Source of the DNA: Planctomycetota bacterium
GTDB lineage: Bacteria; Planctomycetota; SZUA-567; H5-PLA8
Reading direction: 5' to 3'
Assembly (NCBI GenBank): GCA_038227875.1
Contig: JBBRPR010000031.1
Coordinates: 32,409 to 96,408 of the forward strand
Length of the DNA: 64,000 nucleotides
Made by a program: the position numbers and the translations under genes. This document shows positions 54,125 to 64,000 of the stretch, one piece after another (within the stretch, counting starts at the first letter, position 1; every line of letters begins with the position of its first letter). The notes beneath the pieces were generated by a model, which worked only from the letters and a program-made list of their open reading frames with translations, did not search any database and was not told where the DNA came from.

Positions 54125-57100
54125 TTAGCGCGCCGTGTCGCCCTTGCCCATGCTTCCCACCTGCTGGTAGTGCATGCGGAAGGTCATGGCCAGGTAGACC
54201 TGCGACCCGATGGAGACGGTCGCGGGTACCGACATGAGGCTACGGGCACCCTTTTTGGTCGAGATGTCATAGGTGGCGCCCAGCGCGATGGCCATATCTG
54301 TGAGGGCGGCGCGGTCGGAACAGGAGAACGAGAACGCTTTCTTCTTTATGCTAAAGGCCACTTTCCGCAACGATGTCGCCGAGCCGCTTCCCGACTTGCC
54401 CAGGAAGAACAGGAAGGTTTGGGCATTGCTGCCCTGCCCCAGCGTCAGGTATCCGGGAAGACCGGTGAGATCGCTCTGCTTTAACGAGGCCGGGAGATTG
54501 ATGGTGCTGACGAAGCCCGTGACGGTGGTCTTGCTGTACCTGGAAAAGTTCACGAGCATCTTTCCGCGGCCCAGCTTCGAAGACAATCCGCCATCGCCGA
54601 CGATGATGCCGCCGCCCGCGGAGTCCGGCGGCGTTCCGCCAGCGCCGGCCGTCGAGCCGACGAACTGTGAGATGTGGACAGTCGTGGTCAGACCGTCGGA
54701 GCCTGTGGCGACGATCACTACATCGTAAATGCCGGGAAATTGCCACGTGTGTTGAATGCTGGTGCCGGTGCCGGTCGCGCCGTCTCCAAAATTCCATGCG
54801 ACCGTGGCCGCGCCGTACGGGACGAAAGGGAAGGCTGAGCCGATAACCTGCTGTCCAGCCAACGACGGATTGGGAGTCAGCACGGGCGCAACAGGAAATG
54901 CCGGCGGAATGCGCGGCGTGATCGACAGGGTGCCGTTGACGAACGCGAACGAATAGTTGGCGGTGCTCAGCGAGCCTGCCGCAACGATGATCGGATACGT
55001 TCCCACGGGGCTGTTGCTATTGGCGGCCGTGCTCAACGCTGGCGAACCTGAGACTACGGCTGTGGTGTCGCCATTGACAAACCCGGAGATGGTGGCGGTG
55101 AGCGTCGGAATGGGGTCGCCAAAGAGTTTGGTCTGCGGATCGGCAGTCACCGTCAACACGTTCTTCAGCACAGTGATCAGCACGGTCGAGGTGGCCGGCT
55201 TGTAGTTAACGAGATCCGTCGGCGTGAAGGTCACGGTCAGGACCTGGCCCGCGCCGGCGCCAAGCACGGTGCCCGCAGGCGGAGCGTAGGAGAACGTGCC
55301 CGGCACGCTGGCCGTCGCGTTCAGTTGGGTTCCGCTCAGCGGCGTCCCGTAGACGATGTTCGACGGAGTGTTCCAGGTGATGGCGACGCCATTCTTGAAC
55401 CAATTGTTGTTGTTGCCGGAGTCGACGGAGTTCGCCGGATTGACGACTGGAAAGGCGAGGTTGCTGCCGTCCTGCACGTCCACGAAGCTGACGTTGCGCG
55501 TGCCCGGAAGGCTGGCGAGCCACTGCGAGCCGGTGAGATCCGAACGGAGATTGAGCAATTGGCCGGAGGCGCCGAGCAGGGTCAAGGTTCCTCCGACGGT
55601 CTGCGTGGTGCCGTGTTGAAAGGTGAGCGTCGATGATGCGGCGACGGTCTTGGAGAGATTGTTAAACGTGGTCGAACCGAGAATGCTCTGTTTGGCGCCG
55701 TTCAAGGTCAACGTGCCCGAATTGTGTGTGAAAGTGCCGCCGGCGTGATTGAAGTTTCCAGCTACAGAGAGTGAGCTTGCACCGTTGGGCGCGATGAATG
55801 TGCCGGCGGTGATGGTGAGCGTGCCGTTAACGGCCAGTGGCTTGGAAGTCTGGAATGTGGCCGGAGTGGCATGCGTGTCGTTGATGCTGAGGTTGAAGTA
55901 GTCGGTGGCACCGAAGTCGGAAAGCGTCAGCGTCTCGGCGAGGTTACGGCCGACGTATTCGACCAGGCCTTCGACGGTGTCCATGGGAAGACTCACGGCC
56001 TCGTTGCCCTGCAGGCGGAGCGTGGCCTGATTGACAAAGGAGACTGCGGTGACGTTGAAGCCGCTCAGAAAGGTGATGCTGTTGGAGAGCGTCAGCGTGT
56101 TGATCGTGACGAGATTGGCTGGGAATGAGAAGACAGAGGTCGCGCCGCCGTTGATCTTGAGGTTGGAATAGGTGTAGTTCTTGAGCGTATAGGCGGCGCT
56201 GGTGCCGTTGTAGAGCACCGTCGAGCCGGCGTTCAACACGGGATTGGGCGAGACGGTTTCGCTGCCCTGCAGTTGCAGAATTCCGGCGGCATTAACGGTG
56301 AGCGCCAAGGTCGTTAGATTGAATCCGGCGAGGTCCAGTGTTGCGGATTTGACGACGACGTTTTCCGAACCAATGTTGAAGAGCAGATTGGAAGCCAGCG
56401 CGGCCACTCCCGAAGCCTTGTTGATGGTGATTGTACCGTTTGGAAAAAGACCGCCGCCGGTCTGCGAAATGGTCTGGGCGCCAGTACCGTTCAATTCGAT
56501 ATTCGCGTTGTAGGGCGTGGAACCGCTGGAGCGCGCGGTGGTGAGGTTACCGCCGACGAAGATGGTATTCGTGAGAGGAGATAGCGAATTGGTTCGCTTG
56601 ATGCTGAAATCTCCGGCGACCTTCACAGGGTTGGGCAAGGACTGGTCGCCCTGAGAATCGAAAGTCACATTGCCGAAGGTCATCGAGGGTCCGGCGCCGC
56701 AATCCACCGAGCACGATCCACCGTCGAAAATAACAGTGCTGGTTCCCGCATTGACTGTCCCGGCGGCGTAAATCCAATTGCTGCGAACGTGGATGGTGTC
56801 TTGAACAGTGAGCGATCCGCCGGACTTGTTGATCTGCACGGCCGGAACAATCCCGGAACCGCCACTGGCAGAGAAGGTCTGCGCACCTGCGCCGGTAAAG
56901 AGCACGATCGTATCCATGGGTGTACTTGTGCCTGGAGCGGTAGAGCCCACATTTCCCGAGACCGCCAGGGTGCCACCCGCCATGCTGTTGACTCGGGTAA
57001 TTGTGAGGTTTCCGTTCACTGGAGTTGTTCCAGTCAGCGTGAAATTGCCCAAGAGATTCATGGAAAGGTCATTCAATGTGCTGGCACCGCTAACGTTGAG

Positions 57101-57556
57101 AGACGCATTTCCGCCCGTCAGGTTGACCGAGCCTGTGCCGCCATTGAAAACGCCAGTCCCGCCAACAGTAAAACTGGTGTTTCCCGACATGAAGAGCGCA
57201 CCCGACGCGCTAAACGTGCCGCTGGATTGATTGAAATTCGACGAACCGACAGTGACGCTAAATCCGCTTTGTGTGATCGTGCCCGTGTAGCCGGCGATGT
57301 TGATTCCGGCGACGTTGACGGCCAAGTAGATGGTGCAGGCCCCGTTGGCTCCGCCCGCGCCGTCAAAAACGGCTATATCACTGGCACCTGGAATACTCGC
57401 GCCGCTGGAGCCTCCAGATGACGTCGACCAATTGGTCGTACTGCTGAAGGTACCGGCCGACGTGGCAACCCAGTAGACGTTTGCAGCGTGAGCATCAAAC
57501 GCCGGAATCGAAAAAAGACAGACCAGGAATGCGCAACTTGCAACGAACTTCTTCAT
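54125..57556 (-). CDS. Large secreted adhesin-like protein (beta-helix, MBG-like, PKD, C-terminal Lys-rich domain)
   Basis: Signal MKKF...AHA-A; Thr/Gly/Asn-rich beta-solenoid; ITWNTPSNIVYGTPL, LTVTADPQTK..G; WNFGDG. Confidence 0.82.
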   Translation of the reverse strand: MKKFVASCAFLVCLFSIPAFDAHAANVYWVATSAGTFSSTTNWSTSSGGSSGASIPGASDIAVFDGAGGANGACTIYLAVNVAGINIAGYTGTITQSGFSVTVGSSNFNQSSGTFSASGALFMSGNTSFTVGGTGVFNGGTGSVNLTGGNASLNVSGASTLNDLSMNLLGNFTLTGTTPVNGNLTITRVNSMAGGTLAVSGNVGSTAPGTSTPMDTIVLFTGAGAQTFSASGGSGIVPAVQINKSGGSLTVQDTIHVRSNWIYAAGTVNAGTSTVIFDGGSCSVDCGAGPSMTFGNVTFDSQGDQSLPNPVKVAGDFSIKRTNSLSPLTNTIFVGGNLTTARSSGSTPYNANIELNGTGAQTISQTGGGLFPNGTITINKASGVAALASNLLFNIGSENVVVKSATLDLAGFNLTTLALTVNAAGILQLQGSETVSPNPVLNAGSTVLYNGTSAAYTLKNYTYSNLKINGGATSVFSFPANLVTINTLTLSNSITFLSGFNVTAVSFVNQATLRLQGNEAVSLPMDTVEGLVEYVGRNLAETLTLSDFGATDYFNLSINDTHATPATFQTSKPLAVNGTLTITAGTFIAPNGASSLSVAGNFNHAGGTFTHNSGTLTLNGAKQSILGSTTFNNLSKTVAASSTLTFQHGTTQTVGGTLTLLGASGQLLNLRSDLTGSQWLASLPGTRNVSFVDVQDGSNLAFPVVNPANSVDSGNNNNWFKNGVAITWNTPSNIVYGTPLSGTQLNATASVPGTFSYAPPAGTVLGAGAGQVLTVTFTPTDLVNYKPATSTVLITVLKNVLTVTADPQTKLFGDPIPTLTATISGFVNGDTTAVVSGSPALSTAANSNSPVGTYPIIVAAGSLSTANYSFAFVNGTLSITPRIPPAFPVAPVLTPNPSLAGQQVIGSAFPFVPYGAATVAWNFGDGATGTGTSIQHTWQFPGIYDVVIVATGSDGLTTTVHISQFVGSTAGAGGTPPDSAGGGIIVGDGGLSSKLGRGKMLVNFSRYSKTTVTGFVSTINLPASLKQSDLTGLPGYLTLGQGSNAQTFLFFLGKSGSGSATSLRKVAFSIKKKAFSFSCSDRAALTDMAIALGATYDISTKKGARSLMSVPATVSIGSQVYLAMTFRMHYQQVGSMGKGDTAR

Positions 57557-57837
57557 GGGCAAATGTTCCCAAAGTGGGTGCTATGAGCACGCAGAGTTTT
57601 TGACGAATTTCACGTGGTATTGAACATCGAGGCGATCGGAGACCGTACACGTCCGCGCTACTTGAAGTTCATCATCAACTACCAGTGTTCTGTATACAGT
57701 ACACTGTGACTACATTTCGATCAATACTGAAAATACAAACGATCTGCGGATTTCGCAGATTCCCGGCAGAAAAGTCCCTTCTATTTAATGCCACATACGA
57801 AACGCACCACGCGCGCAAGGTTGGCAGCGGTAGTCAG

Positions 57838-60090
57838 CTATTTTGTGCTGAGCTCGACGATTTTATCGGAGAGCAGTTTGCGCCAGCGATCCATCTTCGA
57901 CGCGTCGCGGCCTTCCTCCCAGAAATCGTTGACGGTGTCCCGGCCGCCGTGGCCGCGGTCGTCGAGAACTTCCTTGCGAATCTGTTCCAGCAGTGGAGCG
58001 ATGTCTTTTCCAGCAGCTTTAGCGGCGGCCTTCGCGGTCTCCAGGTAGCGGCGGTCGTCCCAGCCTTCGCGGATTTCTTCGTACGCGGGCGTCGTCACGG
58101 TTGCGAACGGGGAGTACCAGGCATATTCCCAGTTGCTGCCTTCGGTGATGTCGAAGCGCTTGCCCCAATTGTACGCCCAGCACAAGGAGCCTCGCGAATC
58201 CCAGACTCCAAAGTAGAAGCCGAATCCGTAGCGCTTGCTGGCGCTTCCGCCGTATTGCCAGAATTGGCAGCCGGCTTTCCGTGCTTTGTTGCCCAGCTCG
58301 GCGTCCTCATCGATCGCGTTGGTGCAGACGACGTTCACGTCTTGAATGAAAATCTCGCCGTTGCGGCCTTTGTAGCCGTGAACGTCCACCTCTTTGTTGT
58401 GGTGCATGGAAATGTAGACCTTGGCGTCGGGCATGGCCTCGTGAATTACTTTGCAGGCGGCTTTGAAATGGTCGCGAATCCACGGACCGCAACCAATCGC
58501 GAATTTTCGGCCAGATTCCACTTTGGGTTCGGGATAGGACCATTTAGCCGGCTCGTCGAACGGAGTGACGATGATTTCCGGCCACTCTTTTTCTTTCGCG
58601 TGGGCGTACACGCCCTGAATCCACTGGGTGTAGAGTGGCACGATCTCTGGCAGGATTTTTCCACGCTGTTCGGCCGTACCCATTTTCTTGAAGTACTCTT
58701 CGCGCGTGCCGCCGGTCAGCTTGTAGAGTTCCCGCTCCAGGGTCACGGTCTCCGGATAGCCGTTGGGATTGCCGCCGAGGAACCAGACCATGGTCTTCTG
58801 ACCATTGGCTTTGGCCAGCGCCATCCATTCGTCGATGTAGCGGAAATCGAGCTTGAGCTGGCCATTCTCCAGCGACATCGCCGGAGCGATGCCCGCCACC
58901 CAGATGTTGACCATGTTGTGATTGTGGTCGGCGAGTGTGCGCATCTCCGTGACGGATGCGAGTCCTGAGGTGCAACCGCCCATGCGCAAGCCGGTCTCGT
59001 CCATGGTGAGGAGCTTGATGGGCAGTACTTCCACTTTAAGCGGCAATTCAGCGGTGGTCGTTCCAGACGTGATGGTGATGCGACCTTCGTATTTTCCGGG
59101 AAGCGAGACGTCGCCTAATGTCTTCACGTTGAAGTAGAACCAGCCCGACGCGCCTTTGTTGATGCGTGCCGGGAACGCCGGCCAGAGCCGCTGCGGTTGC
59201 CAGGTGAGCTTGCCGCCCGCGGGTTCCAGTGCGTACTCCGCCGTCAGCGGCTGGAGTTCGCAGGCCAGCGTGCCGGCAGGACCTTTGAGCTCCGAAATGG
59301 AGTAGGTCACGGATGCCAGATCCTGCTGCGCATACACTCCAAATGCGGCGGGCTCGAATTCGTTTCGTGCCATACGGATGTAAATGGTCGCGCCCACTTC
59401 CTTGGCCTTGGGCGCGCTGGTTGGATAAACGTAGTCAAAATACGGGCGCACATACGGCACGAATGGCTTGTCGTGCCACGCGTCTGGAATTGCCGGCGTT
59501 TCCGGAGCCGCAACCGCGACGGACTTGGCTTTGTCCCGCTGGGCTCGCGCGATCCAGTCGCGCGTCTCTTGCTCCCAGCGGACTTGATCTTCGGGCAACT
59601 TCGCATCGCGTACGGTCACGTTTTCGATCGGCAGATCTGCCGAACATTTGAATGCCAATTCGGCCAGCGGAGAGTCCAACGGCGTGCGGATCAGATCCCA
59701 GCTCACGGGAATGCTCGCGACTTTCCATTGGCCATCGTTGCTACCGCCGAAGCGGTGCAATTCGCTCCGCTCGAAATAGGCGCCCAGGGCTCCGAAGGAT
59801 TCGCAGATGGCCGGCTGCGTCAGTACGTCCTTGTAGGTGACTTCGATTATATAGCGCTTGCCATCGGCAGGACGAACCGCGTCACCCCACCAAGGCTTGA
59901 CGCGCAGCAACACCGCCTTGCCTTTCTGCGCCGTGCGATAAGTGTGTTCGCCGTCTTTGGCGACGTCGCCCCATCCGTCTGCACTCAGGGTTTGTGCGTC
60001 GCTAAGCAGTGAGATGTTGGGAGCTGTCTCAGCGACTGCAGAGCGAAGCACGCACAGCAAAACCAGAAATGACAGACAGGCAATCCGCAT
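57838..60090 (-). CDS. Secreted GH123/DUF4091-like putative glycoside hydrolase
   Basis: Signal peptide from ATG 60090; MARNEFEP, PFDEP, YEEIREGWDDRRYL. Confidence 0.65.
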   Translation of the reverse strand: MRIACLSFLVLLCVLRSAVAETAPNISLLSDAQTLSADGWGDVAKDGEHTYRTAQKGKAVLLRVKPWWGDAVRPADGKRYIIEVTYKDVLTQPAICESFGALGAYFERSELHRFGGSNDGQWKVASIPVSWDLIRTPLDSPLAELAFKCSADLPIENVTVRDAKLPEDQVRWEQETRDWIARAQRDKAKSVAVAAPETPAIPDAWHDKPFVPYVRPYFDYVYPTSAPKAKEVGATIYIRMARNEFEPAAFGVYAQQDLASVTYSISELKGPAGTLACELQPLTAEYALEPAGGKLTWQPQRLWPAFPARINKGASGWFYFNVKTLGDVSLPGKYEGRITITSGTTTAELPLKVEVLPIKLLTMDETGLRMGGCTSGLASVTEMRTLADHNHNMVNIWVAGIAPAMSLENGQLKLDFRYIDEWMALAKANGQKTMVWFLGGNPNGYPETVTLERELYKLTGGTREEYFKKMGTAEQRGKILPEIVPLYTQWIQGVYAHAKEKEWPEIIVTPFDEPAKWSYPEPKVESGRKFAIGCGPWIRDHFKAACKVIHEAMPDAKVYISMHHNKEVDVHGYKGRNGEIFIQDVNVVCTNAIDEDAELGNKARKAGCQFWQYGGSASKRYGFGFYFGVWDSRGSLCWAYNWGKRFDITEGSNWEYAWYSPFATVTTPAYEEIREGWDDRRYLETAKAAAKAAGKDIAPLLEQIRKEVLDDRGHGGRDTVNDFWEEGRDASKMDRWRKLLSDKIVELSTK

Positions 60091-60107
60091 CAGCAACCTC
60101 GACTGTG

Positions 60108-62045
60108 TTAGAGTTCCGGACCGGGAATCAACACAATCCGGAGAATGCGCAGCTTGCAACCCTCTTTCGGCGTCTTCAACATCGCCAGGCTGATCTTGGA
60201 GACGGCATTCAGCTTGGTTTTGAACAGCGACACCGTCGGAAACACCATGCTCTCCTTCCCCGCCGCGGCAGGAAGTTGGATCTCAGACTCTTCCTTCTTA
60301 TTATCGTTGGAGGTGACGCGCAGAGCCATATTCTGGCGCTGCGCTCCCAGATTTTCGTACTCGATGACTATTTCCTTATAGCCTTTCCAGTCGTCCTTCA
60401 GCGCCAGTGATATCTGCGGGCCGGGAAGTTCCTTCGTGACCTCCATGAGCAAGCCTGTGCCATCGTGGCTGAGCGCCACCGTGTTGTCGGCGGTCCAGCC
60501 CTCAGTGGACTTCGCAACGCCAAAATCCACGATCGTCTTCGCCTTGCGTTCCGCGGTCGGGTCCCAGCTCAACGTGCCGCAGCGCAGGGTGAGATCCTGC
60601 ATCTGCGGAAGCTTGGCTGACTCCGGCAACACGGCGTCGAACGTCAGCGGTGCTCCAGCGAAACTGTGTTCGACAGTCTTGACGTCGCCTTTCCAGTCCG
60701 GAGCGTCCTTGTAGCGATAGACGACCGAGAGCGGAGACTTCGCCAGAACGTCAGCGTTGGCCACTTCGAGTGAGACAACGTTCTTGCCCGGCATGAGATG
60801 CGGAGCTGCCATGGCATTGTGCTGGAAATTGGTGCGTAGGTAGAAGCCTTTGAGTGTTGCCTTACCCTTGAGCTCAAACTTGATCTGATAATTATGGAGC
60901 GCCGTCGTATTGGCAACCGCAACGGAGGACAGATCGCCTTTGTAACGCTTCAGCGCTTTTTCATTGGCCGACAGGATCGGTGCCCAGGTTTTGCCATCGG
61001 CGGAGGCGGTCAGTTCGACGGCATCGCCATCATCGGCGCAAGTCACTTCGAAGCTAACCGTGCCTCCAGTGATGTAATAAGGACACGTCACCGGGACAGT
61101 CAGTGAACCGGCGCCGACCAAACCGTTCGGCGAAGACTTGACGCCGGTAGCGGTCGTCTGACCGTCCAGGAAATCATCGGTGGTCAGGTTCGGCGCGTAG
61201 TTCAAGTATCCATTGAAAATATGCCGGTAGCTGACAGATGTGGTCGGTCCGAGTCGGACGACGCCGTAAGGTTCCCAGTATTTGTAGAGTTCCGGATTGT
61301 CGCCACGGTCGTGCGTGCCGCAGGTATGGATGGGGCCGCTTCCGTGCTGGAGTTCATATGTTCCCGGCAGCGCGTGTCCGTCCGGCCACCAGCTGCGGAC
61401 GAGTTCTTCGCCTTTGCGCAGCGAAAAGCTCTTCACGGACCACTTTAACTTCAGCACTTCGTAGTCAGTGACCTGAATCGCGTCCTTGAACGCCATGGGG
61501 TCGTCGCCACAGGGACAGATGCCCGCCGGACAGCGATTTTCCTTCTGTGCTTCTGTAATCAGTGTGGGGTCGGCATGCAACTCTTCAAAGGAAGCCACGT
61601 GCGGCTTATCGCCACGGGTGAGAATGTAAAAATTCGTAAACGTGTCGAAGCCGTGCCATTGGCCGTCGTAAAATGCTTCGTAAAAGGTGTGTCCCGGGTG
61701 TGACACCACGCGCGCCTTGATGCCCGCCGCATCCAGTAGACCCTTCATGCAGGTACCTTGAGACCCGCAAAGCGTGTTGCCCAGCACGTTGACGGTCATC
61801 AACGGGTCGCGGCTCTCGGGAATATTCTTGTAGTGATACACGCGCTGACGAAAGAAATTGAAGAGCGCAATGGATTTCTGCTCGTCGGTCATGCCCTCAT
61901 GAAGCACACCTTTGACGATGGATTGATAGCTGGATGTGTCGATGGTTCGATCGGTGGAAACCCAGGGCGACGCGACTTCAGCACGCAGCGCGGTGAAAAA
62001 TGTAAACGCCAAAAGAAGCGCACCGTAGCGCAGCACCGTTCTCAT
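60108..62045 (-). CDS. Secreted transglutaminase-like (Cys-His-Asp) protein with C-terminal CBM-like domain
   Basis: Signal peptide from ATG 62045; LCGSQG...AGIKARVV..GHTFYEAFYDGQWHGFD. Confidence 0.72.
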   Translation of the reverse strand: MRTVLRYGALLLAFTFFTALRAEVASPWVSTDRTIDTSSYQSIVKGVLHEGMTDEQKSIALFNFFRQRVYHYKNIPESRDPLMTVNVLGNTLCGSQGTCMKGLLDAAGIKARVVSHPGHTFYEAFYDGQWHGFDTFTNFYILTRGDKPHVASFEELHADPTLITEAQKENRCPAGICPCGDDPMAFKDAIQVTDYEVLKLKWSVKSFSLRKGEELVRSWWPDGHALPGTYELQHGSGPIHTCGTHDRGDNPELYKYWEPYGVVRLGPTTSVSYRHIFNGYLNYAPNLTTDDFLDGQTTATGVKSSPNGLVGAGSLTVPVTCPYYITGGTVSFEVTCADDGDAVELTASADGKTWAPILSANEKALKRYKGDLSSVAVANTTALHNYQIKFELKGKATLKGFYLRTNFQHNAMAAPHLMPGKNVVSLEVANADVLAKSPLSVVYRYKDAPDWKGDVKTVEHSFAGAPLTFDAVLPESAKLPQMQDLTLRCGTLSWDPTAERKAKTIVDFGVAKSTEGWTADNTVALSHDGTGLLMEVTKELPGPQISLALKDDWKGYKEIVIEYENLGAQRQNMALRVTSNDNKKEESEIQLPAAAGKESMVFPTVSLFKTKLNAVSKISLAMLKTPKEGCKLRILRIVLIPGPEL

Positions 62046-62287
62046 GAGCAACCCTCTTGCTGGATCCGCCTGCATTGCACGTGTCGACAGTCTTTTTACA
62101 CCACTGTCGCGACGAGTACGGTTTAATAATCCCCGCCGTGTCATAATGTGTTTCTAATTCAAACGCGTCGGACGACTAAAGACGCAAATACACACGCCTT
62201 GAGGAATACTTATTCATTTCATCTGTGTGGATATGCGTGCCTAAATATGACATGAAGCCGCCGGGGGGAACCGCATTGAAAAGAAGT

Positions 62288-63376
62288 TCAGGTAGTCAAC
62301 GGTTGCGCAGTTCCGCAGTCGGCCCATTCTGTCGCGACGCGGCGGCGGATGACGGGGCTCTTGGGCTCGTTCAATAATGGCGCGGCGAGTCGTCCAAGTG
62401 CGGTGAAGTCCACCCGCGGACCGGTGAATTTTCGTTCAGAAATTCCCGCCATCGTCACCAGGCTCAGGTCGCGCGGAATCTTCCGTTCAAATTGCTCCGC
62501 CGCACGCACGACCAGATTTGCGCCGTACCCGTCGGCGGCAACAACGGCCGTGAACCGGGACCCCGGTCCCACCAGACGTCGCAGAGTCTGGGGATTGGGC
62601 TTTCCAGTGCCCAGCGCGTTAAAGATCCAGTCATTGGTGAAGGGCAAATTGGCTTCCTTGCATCCTTCGACAAATCCCTGTTGCCGTTCCACCGAATCCG
62701 GATCGACTTCGCGCAAGGAGAACAGGACGTACCTGACGAAGCCGATGCGGCGATGTCCCATCTGCGCGAGCCGCAGCACCGCCTCTTTCATCGCCGCGGC
62801 GTTATCAACGGTGACGGAATGAATTTTCCGATCGATCACCGGCGTATCCGCAATGACCACCGGAACCGGCAGACGTTCGTAGGCTCTAAAAATATCGGGC
62901 TTGAAATGTCCCAGCAGAATAATGCCGCGGAGTGAATAGTCCAAAAATCCCACTGGCATGGCCGTCTGCATGCCATGCTCGTGGGCGATCAGCATCGGCG
63001 CGCCAATGTCAGCCACGCCTTGAATTACGCCGGAATACAACGGCCCCGTGTATTCCGTCCATGGACTCTCCATGGGCACGGCAGTGACAATCAATACCAG
63101 GTCGCGACCATCCATGGTCGGCACGCCGGCACGCGAGATGACCATTCGCTTGCGCGCGTTGAGGGCGATACGACCTTCCTGCTTCAGCAGATCGACGGCC
63201 TGGCGGGTGGCGCTCAAGGTTGATTTTAAGCGATCCGCGATTTCGCGGAGCGACGGCAGCACCTGTCCGGTACGCATGCCGGGATCCGAGAGGTACGTTC
63301 GCAAATCGACCGCGACGCGACGATGTTCCGCCAGCGGATTTTTGGGTCGTCCACGCTTTCGAGGTTCTACAGCCAT
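62288..63376 (-). CDS. GntR-HTH / LacI-type sensor transcriptional regulator
   Basis: GQVLPSLREIA...RQAVDLL..EG; VTVDN, MGHRRIGF, IPRDLSL; start 63376 or 63412. Confidence 0.88.
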   Translation of the reverse strand: MAVEPRKRGRPKNPLAEHRRVAVDLRTYLSDPGMRTGQVLPSLREIADRLKSTLSATRQAVDLLKQEGRIALNARKRMVISRAGVPTMDGRDLVLIVTAVPMESPWTEYTGPLYSGVIQGVADIGAPMLIAHEHGMQTAMPVGFLDYSLRGIILLGHFKPDIFRAYERLPVPVVIADTPVIDRKIHSVTVDNAAAMKEAVLRLAQMGHRRIGFVRYVLFSLREVDPDSVERQQGFVEGCKEANLPFTNDWIFNALGTGKPNPQTLRRLVGPGSRFTAVVAADGYGANLVVRAAEQFERKIPRDLSLVTMAGISERKFTGPRVDFTALGRLAAPLLNEPKSPVIRRRVATEWADCGTAQPLTT

Positions 63377-63495
63377 TCGGTTTCTCTGGGGGAGCAGCTT
63401 TATTGGACACATAATAGCACACTCGCCCTGTTATTCAAGCAGTCTCGCCAACGCATCGCCCCGCAGCGATGCGCCAGCGGACTGCGCCAGGATTC

Positions 63496-64000
63496 CTAGG
63501 GAAGACAGAACGTGAATTCGTCTTTCGTTAGAAATCCGAGTTTGCCGTCTTGAACAATTCCGGAGACTCGGCCGTGGATGCCGAGTGGCCCGTCGCCCTT
63601 GGTCACGAGTTTGTGCACCATTTTTCCCGTGGCTACTTCGTAGACTCGCATTTCAAAATTGCGCCCGTCTTCGATCTGCGCGACCAGGTGCTTATCGAAC
63701 ACGTGCGGGTACAGGTAGACTTTCGGCTTGGCCTGGAAACCCTCTTCCTTGGCGGGATTGAAAAGCTTTTTTCCCGTCGCGCATTCGTAACCGACCAGCA
63801 GAAAGCCCTGTCCCGGATGCAAGGCCAATCCGTATAGATTCTTGCCATCCATCACCACCGAGTACGTGGGCAACGGCGCATTGCCATCCTTTGGATTGGT
63901 CGTCCAGAGCATCTCGCCGGTTTCCGCGTTCATCATGTGGAACGCCTTGTCCGTGAAATCCTCCTTGAGCACCCCGAAGTATTTTCCCTTCGCGAAGAAG
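63496..64000 (-). CDS. PQQ-like beta-propeller protein, 5'-partial
   Basis: NAETGEMLW, ECATGKKLF, EVATGKMV repeats; the frame appears to run off the window end. Confidence 0.65.
   Translation of the reverse strand, partial: FFAKGKYFGVLKEDFTDKAFHMMNAETGEMLWTTNPKDGNAPLPTYSVVMDGKNLYGLALHPGQGFLLVGYECATGKKLFNPAKEEGFQAKPKVYLYPHVFDKHLVAQIEDGRNFEMRVYEVATGKMVHKLVTKGDGPLGIHGRVSGIVQDGKLGFLTKDEFTFCLP

Overview
GC-rich (roughly 60-65%) bacterial chromosomal segment with about 40 CDSs and one tRNA-Gln(TTG). The gene content points by inference to Planctomycetota or another PVC lineage: a prepilin-type protein, a membrane Ser/Thr kinase, a PQQ-like propeller with a 'DWPRWLGP' start, an ECF sigma factor with a very long C-terminal extension, and several PhyH/AraC genes. 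Recognisable housekeeping genes are clpB, metH, a cspA-family gene, meaB and a gmhA-like gene. The rest is accessory: sugar oxidoreductases and esterases, GH123-like and transglutaminase-like secreted proteins, two giant PKD-bearing surface proteins, and orphan immunity-like genes. I saw no integrase, transposase, CRISPR array or rRNA. Intergenic DNA is crowded with REP/MITE-like and heptamer-periodic inverted repeats. Best leads for undescribed biology: (1) three tandem 28-bp hairpin units with an invariant CAATTG core and co-varying arms just upstream of the ECF-GH123 fusion; (2) a shared Lys-rich C-terminal domain after PKD in both giant surface proteins, a candidate new sorting signal; (3) a CAGGC/GCCTG palindrome cluster inside a ParB-like gene; (4) a hairpin hiding the metH ribosome-binding site; (5) an HxG-type Fe/2OG enzyme, a candidate halogenase. 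All family calls come from motif recognition by eye; no searches were run.
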